Of a stretch of DNA of 64,000 nt, positions 1-12,449 are shown piece by piece (position 1 is the stretch's first letter; the number at the start of each line of letters is the position of its first letter). This DNA comes from Trichosphaerium sp. ATCC 40318 (Eukaryota; Protista; Tubulinea), in contig JALMLS010000355.1 in NCBI GenBank assembly GCA_038496445.1, forward strand, positions 1 through 64,000. The letters run 5' to 3'. The translations under genes were made by a program, and so were the position numbers. Under the pieces are notes generated by a model. It worked only from the letters and a program-made list of their open reading frames with translations, searched no databases and had not been told where the DNA came from.

Positions 1-588
1 AAGTGTTGTTCCCGAAGCACGTGTACGCACTGTTTATCTTAAGCATATAATTCTTGTTATGATATTTCAGTACAACATCACAAGTTGTTTTGACGGCGTT
101 TGGAGGAGGGCAAACAGTTGTAAATGAGTCTTCTATCACTATAATTTCAACTTCTGTTTCTATTTGTATTGCTGATGTTCTCTGGCGCTTTGGTCTTTGT
201 TCTGATACATCGGACATACTGCATGTGTGATCTTTTTTGACGTACCCTCTTCTCTAATAGTCTATTGTAGTCACCTAATTTACCCTTCCGACTTAAACAT
301 CTTATAGAGTTTACAATAGCTTCATCTTGTTGATGCGCATCAAATCCTTCAACATTGGAACAATCAACATTGTACATGCCATCCTTCTTTAGAGCACGAA
401 TAGAAAAACTTCGCAGCTTTCGCACAAAGTTTGTACTGTTTACATCAGTTCTCCAATTGATCTTCAAATAGTCTAATATTGGCTCTATCTGTGCTGAAAA
501 CTAAGTACAAGTAAGATTTAAACACTTGGTAGCATTCTTTTCTTGGCTCCTAACAATAAAAACAACTCACGTTGTGTTTGTCTGCCAT
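1..588 (-). CDS. PB1-domain family protein, copy 1 (runs off window start; apparent internal +1 frameshift)
   Basis: ATG GCA GAC AAA CAC AAC|gtgagt at 588. DCSNVEGFDAHQ..GKLGDYN and TCDVVLKYHNKNYMLKIN match copies 2 and 3. The frame changes near 210 before EQRPKRQRTS. Confidence 0.6.
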
Positions 589-860
589 ACAGCACGTAAA
601 TCGTTAGGATTTTGAAGTACACGAAAATATGTACTAGTAAATGACCTTTTCCTTTATAGCGGTTATGTGAGCTACCTACCAGACAATAAGTGTTAGCGAG
701 TCAACTAAAACTAAAAACAAATAACCTCGTCTGTATCCACTTGTGGTTTCTGTCATAATAGGTGGGTAACGGTTTTTAAAGCACAAAATAATCCAAAACT
801 GTCTGCCAGCGACTATTATTGACTTGAACACTCCTGACAGTTTTTTTGGACGTTCAAATC

Positions 861-2041
861 ATGAATGAGGCACGTGCAGCGTTCTCAAAGAGCACTCTCA
901 AAGACCTTTAAGGGTTTTTTAATACCTTGAAGCTCATGGTGTGTAGGCGGCACGAAACGACGGGTTTTTACAAGCAAGTGGTTTCTGTCTACCGCCTGAA
1001 GTACTGGTGATGATATTACAACAATGTAACGGTCAGAATATTTTAAAGTGCGTAAACAACTGAATGTGTGCCAAAATACTCATTGATACATCGTTAGCAT
1101 TCAAAGAGTTTGCAAAAATTGGAAAAGCGTGAGTGCGCATTGCTACTTATACTCATAATGTCTCGTCTCACCATGATAACACTAATTCTATAGTATTGTT
1201 GGTATGGCAGGAAATACGCAAGCTTCAAGTCCGTTTGGTATGCACGTGTTAAATGTTTGTCACTTTTTTCTTTCAAATTGTTTTCGATCTTCACCTTGCA
1301 TCTTGACCCATTACCACGTACTGTGGCGACACAAATCCCCGCAAATTTTGCAACGATTACTGAGCGTTATTCAAGTGAAAGAGTCTGGTTTGAGTATTGG
1401 TTAACTTTTTTTTTCGCTTTAAGGACTCTATGTGATGAGATGCTATATTGTATTCCTGACGATTCCCTACGCATCCTCGATCTTAATTCTTGCTTGGATA
1501 TCGCGGATGAAGCGTTGGAATATATAGGAACACTACAAACTCTCAGAGCTTTAGTACTCAACAATTGTGGTACACTTTTCTAAATATTTGATGTCTTTGT
1601 GTTCTATACTCTTAATCTCAATCAACAGATTGTATAACATCTTATGGTTTACAGCATCTTACGTCGCTTGACCTCACGGACTTTCATATTGATAGATGTC
1701 ATAGAATTAACTCCCTTGATGTGTTAAGGTCATTCAAACATACACTAACAACTCTGAGCGTATATAGTATTCCAAGACTACACAGTAGAAATAACGGTCC
1801 ATTATTAAGGCTTAAAAAACTTGAGAGGCTTAATATATCAAAGACTGATTGTCTTTTAGCTAGAAGACACTTTAAATGTATTAAAAAGTTACAAAATCTA
1901 AAGGTGATTGTAGTGTCTAACTTGCAAAAAATATTGATAACGAAGGCTCTCTCGCTTGAAATGTTTGAAGCATCTGCAGCATTGGTAGGTGAGAAGACTT
2001 GTTGGGCAGATGATTTATTATATGAAAGCGCTCAAACGTAA
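861..2041 (+). CDS. F-box/LRR-repeat protein (multi-exon)
   Basis: Spliced F-box LPPEVLVMILQQCNGQNILN|IQRVCKNWKS, followed by LRRs (LRILDLNSCLDIADEAL, LRALVLNNC, LERLNISKT). The first exon ATG AAT GAG requires a GC donor at 870. Confidence 0.75.
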
Positions 2042-2436
2042 AATACAAAGTACTCAATAGATGAAGGTTCTGGTTGTGCCATTATCTGGTTGTACGTGAA
2101 CTTATAGTGCTACTGGAGCCTATTCTACGAATCTTACTGTTATTTCGTGTTCTACAAATACCACACAGATACGTAATTGTGGAATAACTTTAATAAAATA
2201 TTTAACACTATTGTGTTTTCGAACTAGGAGAGGGAGGTACACCTTTTGAGAAAAAAACCACATGTTTTCATCCCTTGTGTGGTGTTGCGTTTTAGTGTTT
2301 GCATGGGCTTAGCCCTATGTACAATTGTAACTTTATGACATTACATAAGTTAAAATTAAGGGAATTTACCCTTTTGCAGTGAAGGGGAATTAACCGTTAC
2401 TGTTGATATCTTGCGATGAGAATTTTGTTTTTTTGT

Positions 2437-4035
2437 TTACTGATTAAACTTTTTTTTTATTATTTTTGCTGCAATAGCATGGAACAATAGGTCAAGGTTT
2501 TCATTAGTCTTAGCAGATACTTCAATATACTCAAAATCATATTCACATGCTAAATCCTAGTTTGATAAAGTAAACAAAAGGAATACTTAGGTAAAAACAA
2601 ACTAAAAACTCGAGCTTTGTACAAACAAACAATAGCAATCGAGTTTTGATCAGTGAAATTGATGGGTCAGGCAAAGATGCCAAAAAATTATTAAGTAGTA
2701 AAGCTCTCAAGTCAAATACTCTAACATAATAGTCCAGAGTATTGGCGGTGTAGCCATAATCGGAGTATTTAACTTTGAGAATCTCACAAAGTATAAAAAA
2801 AAAAGCAACGGATTGTTTGTACCCTTGCACGATCTGATGTTATTATTCTTTCATTTTCAAGGTCCTAAATATACATAAGCAACATTATATTTGTTATAGT
2901 GACTAAAATCCATAGTAGTAGAAGACATACTAATTTGTTTCCAACTAAAAATACAGTGCATCTTGGTGCTCCTCTCTCCACTTCATGAATGTGATGCTTT
3001 ACATTCTTAAAACTTTCTTCCTTTAATTAAATATTAACTGCTTTGTTTTTCCCAAAAAAAATGCTACGAAAAACGTTTTGAGCACGTGACTGAGGTGTTG
3101 ATTAAAAAATGTGAAGAAAATCTTTTACGACTCCCAAAAAAAGACTAAAAGCCACGTCCTTGAAAATCCACGCTCGTACGTAAAACACTCTTGATACTAG
3201 TGAGTTAGACGTACGTGAGTTATATCAAAGACTGTTACAGCAGCATCAGCGCCTCTGAAATAACTTTGCGTAAGCTCTTTGAATCTATTTAAACTTGCTT
3301 AATATAAACTTCTCTTTAAAGAATATGGTCAACCACGGACCGTTCGTGTCCTGCTGTGTCTCTACAAAACCCATTTAGCTTCACAACTATAACGTACTTA
3401 AATTCACGTGCAGTATATTAAATTTTACAATTTTCTCGTCATGTAATGTCATTATTTTAGTTCTCTACAGCGTATTAACTCAGTGTCGCCAAAAGGATGT
3501 TGAATAGGAACCAAACACTTGATCACGTGATAAGCAAATTTGAAAAATTCCTCCGGTAATGGCCATGATGAACGCCTAAATATTCCCCGTACCAATTCAC
3601 CGAGTGTCACATCAGGTTCACCAAACGTTCCATCGCAAAAACGCACTTTGTATCAAAGTTAAACTTTTTTTTTCCTTCGCATTTACTGCTATGACATCAC
3701 GTACTTATAAGACTTGATTTACCTACACCTAAAAAGTGTAAATGTTAGCAATAATCTTTAATACCTTAAAAAGCGATATAAATGATCAAAGGATCCATCG
3801 ACGGCGTAAAAACAGACGTAAAAGTTTTCACGTGTTTTTTAGAGTTTTTTATATTTTGGAACCATACCCACTTGTCCATTGAACACAACTTTGATGAGCG
3901 TGTCATATTCCGGGCTACTCCTCAAGTATTTAAGCCTGTTGTACACGAAACAAGCATTTTTTTCGCTTACCGTCCGGCAACATCTTTTTTCTCTATTGCT
4001 TCTTGTGTCTCTTGTCGAGAGGTACAACATCCCAT
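2437..4035 (-). CDS. Atypical Rab-like small GTPase with N-terminal MGCC acylation motif
   Basis: Spliced product has EYDTLIKVVFNGQVGVGKS (G1), TLG (G2), DTAGH (G3), SYFRGADAAVTVFDIT, GNKLD (G4) and EVSAK (G5). It ends KKKFNQ*. Confidence 0.85.
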
Positions 4036-4590
4036 CACAAAAAAGGTAATAGCTGAAAACAAAAAGTCATCATTAGTCAGAGTGTACTGCAATTTTCACT
4101 AGCGCAAAGTACCTCCCTCACTTAAGATCAGCAAACTACTTTACTTTTGGTTTATTAGAAGATCAGAAGGAGAATCGGAGGACTAGATTTTAAAAGAGTT
4201 TTAGATTCACGTGTTCTTGTTAATCTACAATAACAGATTGGAGAATAATCTCAATCAGCTTCGATCCCTGGATCACGTAGCCAGAGACCTTCCCAAGCCC
4301 ATGAAGGCCCTTCTCCAACTGTGTCAATCGTAATCTGCTATTGTACAAAACAACTACCTCTCACTTATCAAACTACCTATTATACTTTTTCATAAACAAT
4401 TATTTGTTCGTTCGTGGTTCATGATGCTAGAGTAACGAGCGACAGTGGTGTAGCAGTGCTTAAACAAACCGACGACATCACATAACGAACAGAGTCAAAT
4501 TGGTAAAACAAGTAGCTATACAACTATAAGTAAACTTTTGTTCTGAGGTCATGAGCGACTCTTACAAACTATTAGCCCATTGAAAGTTCG

Positions 4591-5754
4591 TTACCACTCT
4601 GGGCGTTTACTATGAACGTAATGTGGTTGTGTTTCCTCATATCCATCTCTAGTCCAGTACTTTACCTCTCCTCGCTTTCCATTCTTTTTGTAATAACATT
4701 GCATCTTCAATTGTCCATTGGAGTACCACTCTTTACTCTCGCCTTGACATTTGTTATGCAAATAACAACATTCAACAGCTAATTGTCCATTATCATGCCA
4801 CTTCTTTAGTTCTCCTTCCAGTTTACCTCTTCTAAAGAAACTGAGTTCCTTTAGTACTCCATTGGCATTCCAGGTTTTACTCTTTCCTTCTTTTCTACCT
4901 TTTACAAAGAATTCTTCAACATGCAGCTGTCCGTTAAAGTGCCATAACCTACATTGTCCATGTCTTCTGTTCTTCATGTAGTAGCATTGTTCAATCAGTA
5001 TACCTTTCATATTCCAAGTTTTACACTCTCCTTCTAGGTTACCATTCGAGTACTTAAAATGCTTCGAGATTTGACCGCCCTTATACCATTCTTTGTAATC
5101 TCCTGCATACCAACCATTCACACAGTATGATTGCTCTTGCAATTGTCCATCACTGTACCTACCCTCATAATAGCCTTCACGTTTACCTTGATTATAAGAA
5201 GCACTGATTTTCAACAGCCCATTATCCCAATACTTGTACTCTCCGTGAAGTTTGCCATTCTTATAGTTACTGTGTAATTCTAAGTCTCCACGTGCTCGGA
5301 ACCACTTGAATTCTCCTTCATACAAACCCGAGATATAAAAAGCTTCCATCTTCAGCTTTCCATTCTCGTGCCAACTCTGCTTCTTCCCTTCTTTAATACC
5401 ATCTTTGTATATTCTCGTTTCCTTTAATTGACCGTTATCATACCACTCTTTGTATTCACCTTCCATTTTACCACAGGAAAAGAAGCACTTCTTCTTCAGT
5501 TGGCCATTTTCGTTGAACTGTTTGTACCATCCTTGTTTTTCTAATTTTACATTGAAACGAGTGCTCATAGCTGCTTGTTTACATAGTAAAGGCCATAAAA
5601 TAAACACATCAGCGCTTACGTTTATGCTCAGATCAATAATATCAAGTTGTAGCTCAAGTGGAAGCTGTAGTAAGCGACAAAAAGCCGATTCTTGGGTGCT
5701 AGTCTAAATTCGCTTAGAGATAATTTAAAACTACTGGTTTACCTTTGTTGCCAT
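4591..5754 (-). CDS. F-box + MORN-variant (MORN_2) repeat protein
   Basis: Exon 1 MATK|, then in-frame LLQLPLELQLDII (F-box-like) upstream of ORF 4591..5607. About 13 repeats of G.yk.Wy.NG.L...c.Y..G follow. Only one intron, near the start. Confidence 0.85.
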
Positions 5755-6217
5755 TATGTTAATAGATTACCTTCACTTGAAATTGTAAACGCCACGCACG
5801 TGTACTTAACTTCCTTAAGTCTTACATTATACTCAGTTTCTTCTAGAACTGCAATCGAATTGCGCTTTCCAATACTGATATCACGTGGCTAGTGCTAAGA
5901 AATTGATGCAAAGCTACTTGTAACGTAGACATTTTTCTTTGTTTAACTGTGGGTAAGTGACTGATTGTAGAGCGCAGTAGGTTGAAAGAGCAAGTTGTCT
6001 TTCTTGACAAATAATTTGCTTAACAGAAGTAGCGAGATTACTTTTGGGGTGTTCTTGGCGCTTCAAGCTAATTATATTGCATTCAGCTATAATCTATAAT
6101 TGTTGTTCCACTTATACAACCAGTTGATTGTTTCGTATCTTTTGTTGCATCTCATACTTTTAAGTTGTTTATTATTTTACAATATCTTGTCTTTTTGTGA
6201 GATTATTCATCTCTTTT

Positions 6218-8718
6218 TTACACTTTATCCTTTTGTTTGTTACTCTCTACATGACTACTATATGAATCTACCATTTCTATCAATGACTTTGATTCAGAAA
6301 AAGAAAGTTTCTCGTCGAGAGGTCTACTTTTTCGTGTAATAGACATAGGGGAACTTAGACCGAGTTTCTTCATGTCTTGTTCCCCAATCAAATGGTACGT
6401 AATATCTCTATATACTTTGACTGTTAAAAATGCCTAAAGGGATGCGTAAACATAGGAGGAATACAATGATTCGAAACAAACTCGTATTAAAAAAAAAGAA
6501 CTTGTAAAACAAAAATCAAGTTATCCGCAAAGGCAAGCCAGTAAAAAAACATGACACAATGATTTTGTAATTAATTAGAACTAATAATAAGTAGATTTTG
6601 AAAAGACATATTGTAGGACTTTTTCTTAAGCAGTATTTCAAGGGAAAGCAAAAAACATAAATGTAAGAAAAAAAGAAAAAAATTTGCTTTTTCAAAAATA
6701 AAGTTTTTTATATCTAGGAAGGCGTACCTTATAAAAACCGTTGAAAACTTCTATAAACTTCTCCTTAAAGTCTGTATTATAACAAAAAGGTAAAATAGTT
6801 GATAACATTTCAGCAGTTGGCTCAAGATCCTTTGTTTTTTTCATTTCTTCAAACTGTTTAAAAGCAAAATCAATATTCCTAAAATAAAAAAGAATCGTAA
6901 GTCACCGAGAACCTCTACTATTTTTTGTTCTAAAAATCACCCCTAGCACTGGTAGACAATAGTATAACAAACTACATTGTTGCTGAAAAAAAAAAAACCA
7001 AAAATGTGTGGCGTACCCACTATGACAATGAGCGTCAACTAAAATTTCAAAAGTATCAGTTGTTGGTGAGATCCCTCCGTCTACCATTTCCTTATATACA
7101 AACTGAGCTCTAGCAGGTTGCATACATGCTGTACACGTCCTCATAAAGCTATTATACACATCTGCACTATTTGTCGATATAACAGACTTTAGAGACTCAA
7201 AAACACTTGATGCCTCATCAAGTCCTTGAGCGCTTTGAGTTTTACCAAAACTTTCAATGAAATCTGAAAAGCAATGACCAGGTACTTCTAAGTCTCTTTC
7301 TTCAAGCATATCTACTATCTCTAGCATCTCTTTCTTTGTCTTTATACCTTTTGCAAGAGCTACAAAAGTGCTAGGAGTCGCTTCATCATACATACTTTCC
7401 ATTTCATTAAAAGTTGCCCAAGCTCTTGTTGCGTCTCCTGCTTTTAAGCAACCATGGATTAATGTGTTATATATTTCGCCACGTGTATCAAAACCAATAC
7501 GTTTTTCATTAGCATTGAATATAACAAATGCTCTATCAATCTCAAGATGAATACAACATACTTTTATGAGTGCTAAATAAACCTTATCGCTTATTTTAAA
7601 ATCTTTTTTTCCCATATCATTATACAGATTAAAAGCTTCTTTAAAGTCACCACAGTTCGCACAAGCTTCAATCATACACCCATAAGCCTCCTAAAAATAA
7701 AGAATGAGATAATTTTTAAACAGTAAATCCGAAAACGATCGAAAAGAGGAAAACGTTAAATAACAATAAAATAAGAAAAAATAAAGTTACAAAGATGTTT
7801 CAACGTACCGCAATCACAGATGTACCACGATCCTTGTTTATCATATTACGATAAAATTCTTTTGCTTTTGTTAGTTCACCAAGTTTACCACACGTTCTAA
7901 TCAATGCAGCATAGGTACGGTATGTTGGTTTGACTCTATTTTTATTCATTGTATCCAATTGACGTAAAGCCAAATCAAGCTCATTATGCTCCCCACATTT
8001 ATCAATAAATACGTTAAACGTATACTCACTCATTCTTACTCCTATACAGTCGTTTAATTGAGCTACACAGAAAGTGTATAGAGGTGTCAACAGGTTTCTT
8101 AAAAAGGAAAATGTTTTTTTTGTTTAGCGTATAACTATGCTTACGATCGATTTTATGAGCTATGTATACTTCCTTTGCATCATCCATAGTTGGTGCCAAC
8201 GCCATTAGTGTACCATAGGACTTTGGTTGGAGTTTGACGCGACTTCTTCTTATTTTGTCGTGTTCTTCTTTAGCGAACTCGAAATCGCCTAACCGGGGCA
8301 TATGTCTCATGTAGGCTATATTGGGACCAATGTCAGGGTCTGTTTTGTCTTTTTCGTAGAGCTCTTTTTTATCTGATGAATAGTTAATACAAACGATTCC
8401 AAGAGCTTTTTAGTGCGTAGGAAACTACAATAATCGTTTTTGACAGTAAGTTCAGAAAAATGCGTGGGAAATGATTTATAAATGATCCACAGTGGTTGCT
8501 TTACCTTCTACGACCCTGTCAGTTGGCAATGCCATCCACTCTGAAAACGAAGAGCGATCATCGACTTCCACCGCCGTATTAGCATCTAATGAGTATGTAC
8601 GCAGCGTAGATGTGCACATTGGGCCAATTCGTTGTCTAGCGCCTTGATTTGTTCTACACGCTTTGACATTTCTCGCACTGGCGCAGCAAAAAGGCCGGAA
8701 GCCTCGTATCATTGCCAT
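6218..8718 (-). CDS. Pentatricopeptide repeat (P-type PPR) protein, probably mitochondrial
   Basis: Repeated PPR motifs (TYAALIRTCGKLGELTKAKEFYRNM, IYNTLIHGCLKAGDATRAWATFNEM, VYNSFMRTC..MVDGGISPT). The N-terminus MAMIRGFRPFCCASARNVKACR is Arg/Ala-rich and lacks acidic residues. Confidence 0.85.
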
Positions 8719-8944
8719 CGTGATTGTTGCTTCAACTTAAGTTCGAACACTTTACTTATCTCTAACATCAAGATAAACAACTCACGCGCGACCATAATAG
8801 TATTAAAAGCCAGTAGCGAACTCTGTACAGCAAAATAATGAAAATAACTACAGAGCGCTAAAAAGGCATTAAATGCCAACAAAAGCGCGCTAGGAAGTAC
8901 CATAGTGGTTATAGAGGAAGAAAACTCTCGTGTCAACATTACAC

Positions 8945-11518
8945 ATGAGCGCAGTCGCTAAGAAAGGCCTGAAGTCGGTGGATGCTAGATTATTAAACAA
9001 AACGGTTCAGAATACCGAAAAACGGCCAAAACGGAAGCCAGTAGGTCACTGGGACTCAATACACAACATGCACCACATGGTTGAAAGCGTGCTTGCCACA
9101 AAGCTCAATATTAAGTGCTGTGACGACTTTTATGACACCACCTACGCACAATGGAGGGTCGCTGGTGCTAGAGCTGTTTTAGAAAGGTATTTTTTTTGTT
9201 TTGTTTTTTGAACGTTTTTCTCGCTTATTCTCATCTTGGGGTTCTCGCGTCTGTCTTGCCTGAAGGCTGTATATCCTGATTATAAATGGGATGAAAGCAG
9301 GTTCAAAGGGTACATTTTGAAGCGTGTTGGACAGTGAATGAGTTATTTACTTTGATATCAGTACTGGCGATCGTACAGGGCCTTCCATGTACCTTGAATA
9401 TTTTGATAGAGTGGCAAGGAATGTAGGTGTCATGATTTTGGATGATTGGTATCGTGTTGATCTTATAGGGGAAGGCATAGGCAAAAACATTTTGGAGTAA
9501 GTTATTTTTTTTTGTTCTTCTTTTGTCATCTTCGATTACGATCTACTCTGCACAGTATAGACTTGCGTAAGACTAATACATGGCAGCCGATATGGTGGAA
9601 GGATAAAGACAATAACTGCGTTATATCCTGACCATGATTGGCAAGAGGGCAATTTTGTAACGTACATGGTTTTTTTGTGGATTTTTTTTATGTTATCTCA
9701 ATCATTTCTTCTTTCTTTCTTTCATCAGTATAAGCCTTGACAAATACTAGGTATTTTCCAAGAGAAAACATAAAGAAAAACAAAGGATCTTGGATAAGTT
9801 TGGCATTACAAAGACAGCTCTTCGATAAAATAGCAAAGAAATTGAATCATGATAGCCTTGATTGTTGGTACAACACACGAAGAATTGAAGTTGTCAGAAA
9901 AGGTGGATCATCTATCATTCAAACGTAAGTATTACAGTCACCCCATGGCATCATTAGTTTATGTTAAAATATCAACGCTGTAGGGTGTATGATGGTAGTC
10001 TCTACAAAGCTCTAAAGGCCATTTATCCTGAAAAAACATGGTATGCTTGGAAGTTTGTGTACGTTGGGTTCTAGTACCATTGCTCGTATAATTTGCATTC
10101 AGAAAAGCTCAAGCTCGTATATGGACTGATGATAACGTTGTCAAAGAGTTTTTAAAATGTACGTCCTACCATAGATAACAAACTCAAGAGCATTTCTTTG
10201 TTTCTTATACTCGTTTGAAGATGTTGAAGAACAGTTGGGTATTAAAGATCCATCTGAGTGGTATGGCGTATCTGGACGAAAGATAGGAAGGTTAGGAGGT
10301 ACCGGTTTAATGCGTAAGCAAATACTTGGGCATCACTATCCTCACTGCCTTACACTGTTGCACCCCGAATATGATTGGGATATGCAAAAATTTCCAAATA
10401 AATCTGAAGCTTTCTTGAAGCCAAGGTATCTTCTATTAAACTTTATTTTGTAATTGAAATATATCATAGGCGTAAGCATGGTTTTTGGACTAAAGACGAA
10501 AACATCAAGAATTTCCTTAAGGGTACAACCCAATGCAAAAGTTGTTTCTTATTTTTTTCTTAGATATGTCTGTTAAGCTAAATATGGTAAAACCAGAAGA
10601 CTGGTATCGTGTGTCTATACCTCAATTATTAGCTAATGACGGTGGGGGTATTATATCAAAGTTTCCTGATTGTCTATCGTTGATACACCCTGAGTTTAAA
10701 TTTGACAAAAGTCAATTTAAACTAAAGTCAAAAAGAGCGTCACAAAGGTATACCTTCAAAACAAATCAATATTAAAAATATCACATGCCATTCATTCGTT
10801 CAAACGCTGTTTATCCATATGTATTGCAGTGGCTACCATTTCACTTTTATGAGTGAGATCACTTGCACAATTTATTTTAGTCTTTTTTATATTCTTCTTT
10901 CAGTTTAACAGGTTTACAGAGCTATGCGCATGAGTCTTGAAGTGGTTTTCCCTGAAGAAGAGATATTAGAAGATTACTCCATTTCAAACATAGCACCTAC
11001 TCCTTATCTTAGGATCGTTGTTGACGTGTATATACCTTCTATTAGGCTAGTGGTTGAATATCAAGGTACATTTTTATTTCAAGTATACCTTCTGCTTTGA
11101 TTCTAACAAACAATAGGACCTCACCACTTTGAACGGAAAAATATCTACTACTTTGGATCATCCCAAGCTCAATCGACAAGGGATAAAGAAAAGAAAAAAC
11201 TATTGGCAGCCGCAGGTACGTTTTGCACTTTTTTTTTTTGGAGAGTGAAAAAAAAGTAAAAAACAACAGCTATAACCATAAATACAGGTATCTCTGTGGT
11301 TCCTATTCCTTATTGGTGGAAAGAAGGAGATGTTAATACCCTAAAATCAACTATAGCTCATTACAGGTATGAGCAATAACGTGGGTGTTGAAAAACCAAA
11401 TTTACTAATACTTTTCTGTTTTTCAAGGCCTGATTTGAACCTTCACGTGCCAGAAGGAGTTATGCCTCTATTGGACACTAAAGGAAAAGAATACTTAGAT
11501 TGTGACAATGTAAAATGA
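8945..11518 (+). CDS. Tandem ~70-aa 'W..N..F..DWY..GG..Y..L..YP..W' repeat protein (5 units) with C-terminal PD-(D/E)XK (Vsr/DUF559/RAP-like) nuclease domain
   Basis: Hand-spliced from about 13 exons. C-terminal VDVYIPSIRLVVEYQG|PHHF...RDKEKKKLLAAAG|ISVVPIPYWW. Start codon and the first acceptor are uncertain. Confidence 0.8.
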
Positions 11519-11758
11519 ACGAGATAAACTCACCTGTAATATAAAAAACTAAAACGGAAAAATTTCTTTTTATTATTTGTAGTTGTTGAAGGCCTTGCTT
11601 GTTATGTGGTTCTAAAATACGATTAATTTAATGTAATTAGTGTTTTAAACACCTCTATCTTATTGGTAGTGCGCGTTCAAGAGGAAAAAAGTAGAACTCG
11701 CTTGGTTGCACGTTTGCGAAATAAAACGGTACCGAAATTGTTCTCAGCGCACGAAAAC

Positions 11759-12011
11759 AGCTATCACTATGGTTTATGGCATTTTAAAAAGTGCGTTATC
11801 CATATTTGAGTATTCACAAATACATATTTCAGTGAAGTACAGCGACAATACAGCCAGAAAAAGAAGTCTCGGTTAGTTGCACGTTTTTTGAAACAAAACT
11901 TCGCTGGACAGGTTTCCACGTGTGTAAATAGCTATCACAAGCCTTTGGGAGCGTTTTGAAATGTGCATTATCCATTTTTGAGTAATTGCAATAGAATTTT
12001 CAGTGAAGTGC
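11759..12011. repeat. Diverged direct repeat, two ~82-bp copies spaced 171 bp apart
   Basis: AGCTATCAC...TTATCCAT.TTTGAGTA...TTTCAGTGAAGT at 11759-11840 and 11930-12011. Confidence 0.7.
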
Positions 12012-12099
12012 GCTCTGTAACCCACAATTTATTTCTCAGTAGCTTTTATGGGTATAAAATGAAACGAAAATAGTTAGTAAATTGTAGTAGTTGCAGTGT

Positions 12100-12406
12100 G
12101 TGCACCACGCGTGGGGCTTCCTAGCCATTTGGTCGAAAACATTTAAGGGAGTCCTCCGTCTAGCTTAGTGGGTGTATGCATTGCGAGGTGGAGTTGACAA
12201 AGTTCCATCTTAATCCGACGTAGTGTGAAAGCTTGAATCGTTACATTAGCCAGCATGTCCTCGTAAGTAGCACGTAATTAACTTAGGAACTCGGTCTGGG
12301 CCAAGAAAATTATAAGGTCCGATACAGAGGTGAGTTCTGCCGTTAGGGAAAAGCTCTATATAAACTTTGACTAGCCTGCTGTTAGCAGGTTACGATCGTT
12401 CTTTTT
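12100..12406 (+). ncRNA. Candidate structured non-coding RNA (unassigned)
   Basis: GC-richer intergenic island with nested complementary stems, a terminal hairpin and a T5 run. No family motif recognised. Confidence 0.25.
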
Positions 12407-12449
12407 GTTAAACACAGTTTTGTACTTTGGATACAGGGTTTCATGGAAT

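Noticed and set aside
4591-5607. Toxin-antitoxin 'YwqK antitoxin' label for the MORN-variant ORFs
   Set aside because: This is a generic repeat similarity; there is no adjacent toxin, and an in-frame F-box lies upstream.
9187-9265. Possible non-AG acceptor in the first intron of the repeat-nuclease gene
   Set aside because: The frame suggests an acceptor near 9240 where the sequence reads TTGGGG. A base error or alternative donor is as likely as novel splicing, and this cannot be resolved without reads.
10900-11330. Idea that this Vsr-like nuclease causes the CACGTG excess
   Set aside because: Only a fold-level analogy; nothing in the sequence links the two, and the protein may be organellar.
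12100-12400. Resemblance to IscB omega/HEARO RNA (GGGGCTT...AAGCTC...TTGACTAGCCT..TACG) or to a telomerase template (CCCTAAC on the minus strand)
   Set aside because: There is no 5' GTCAA partner, no downstream HEARO core and no IscB/TnpB/Fanzor ORF nearby, and the template-like match is only 7 nt.
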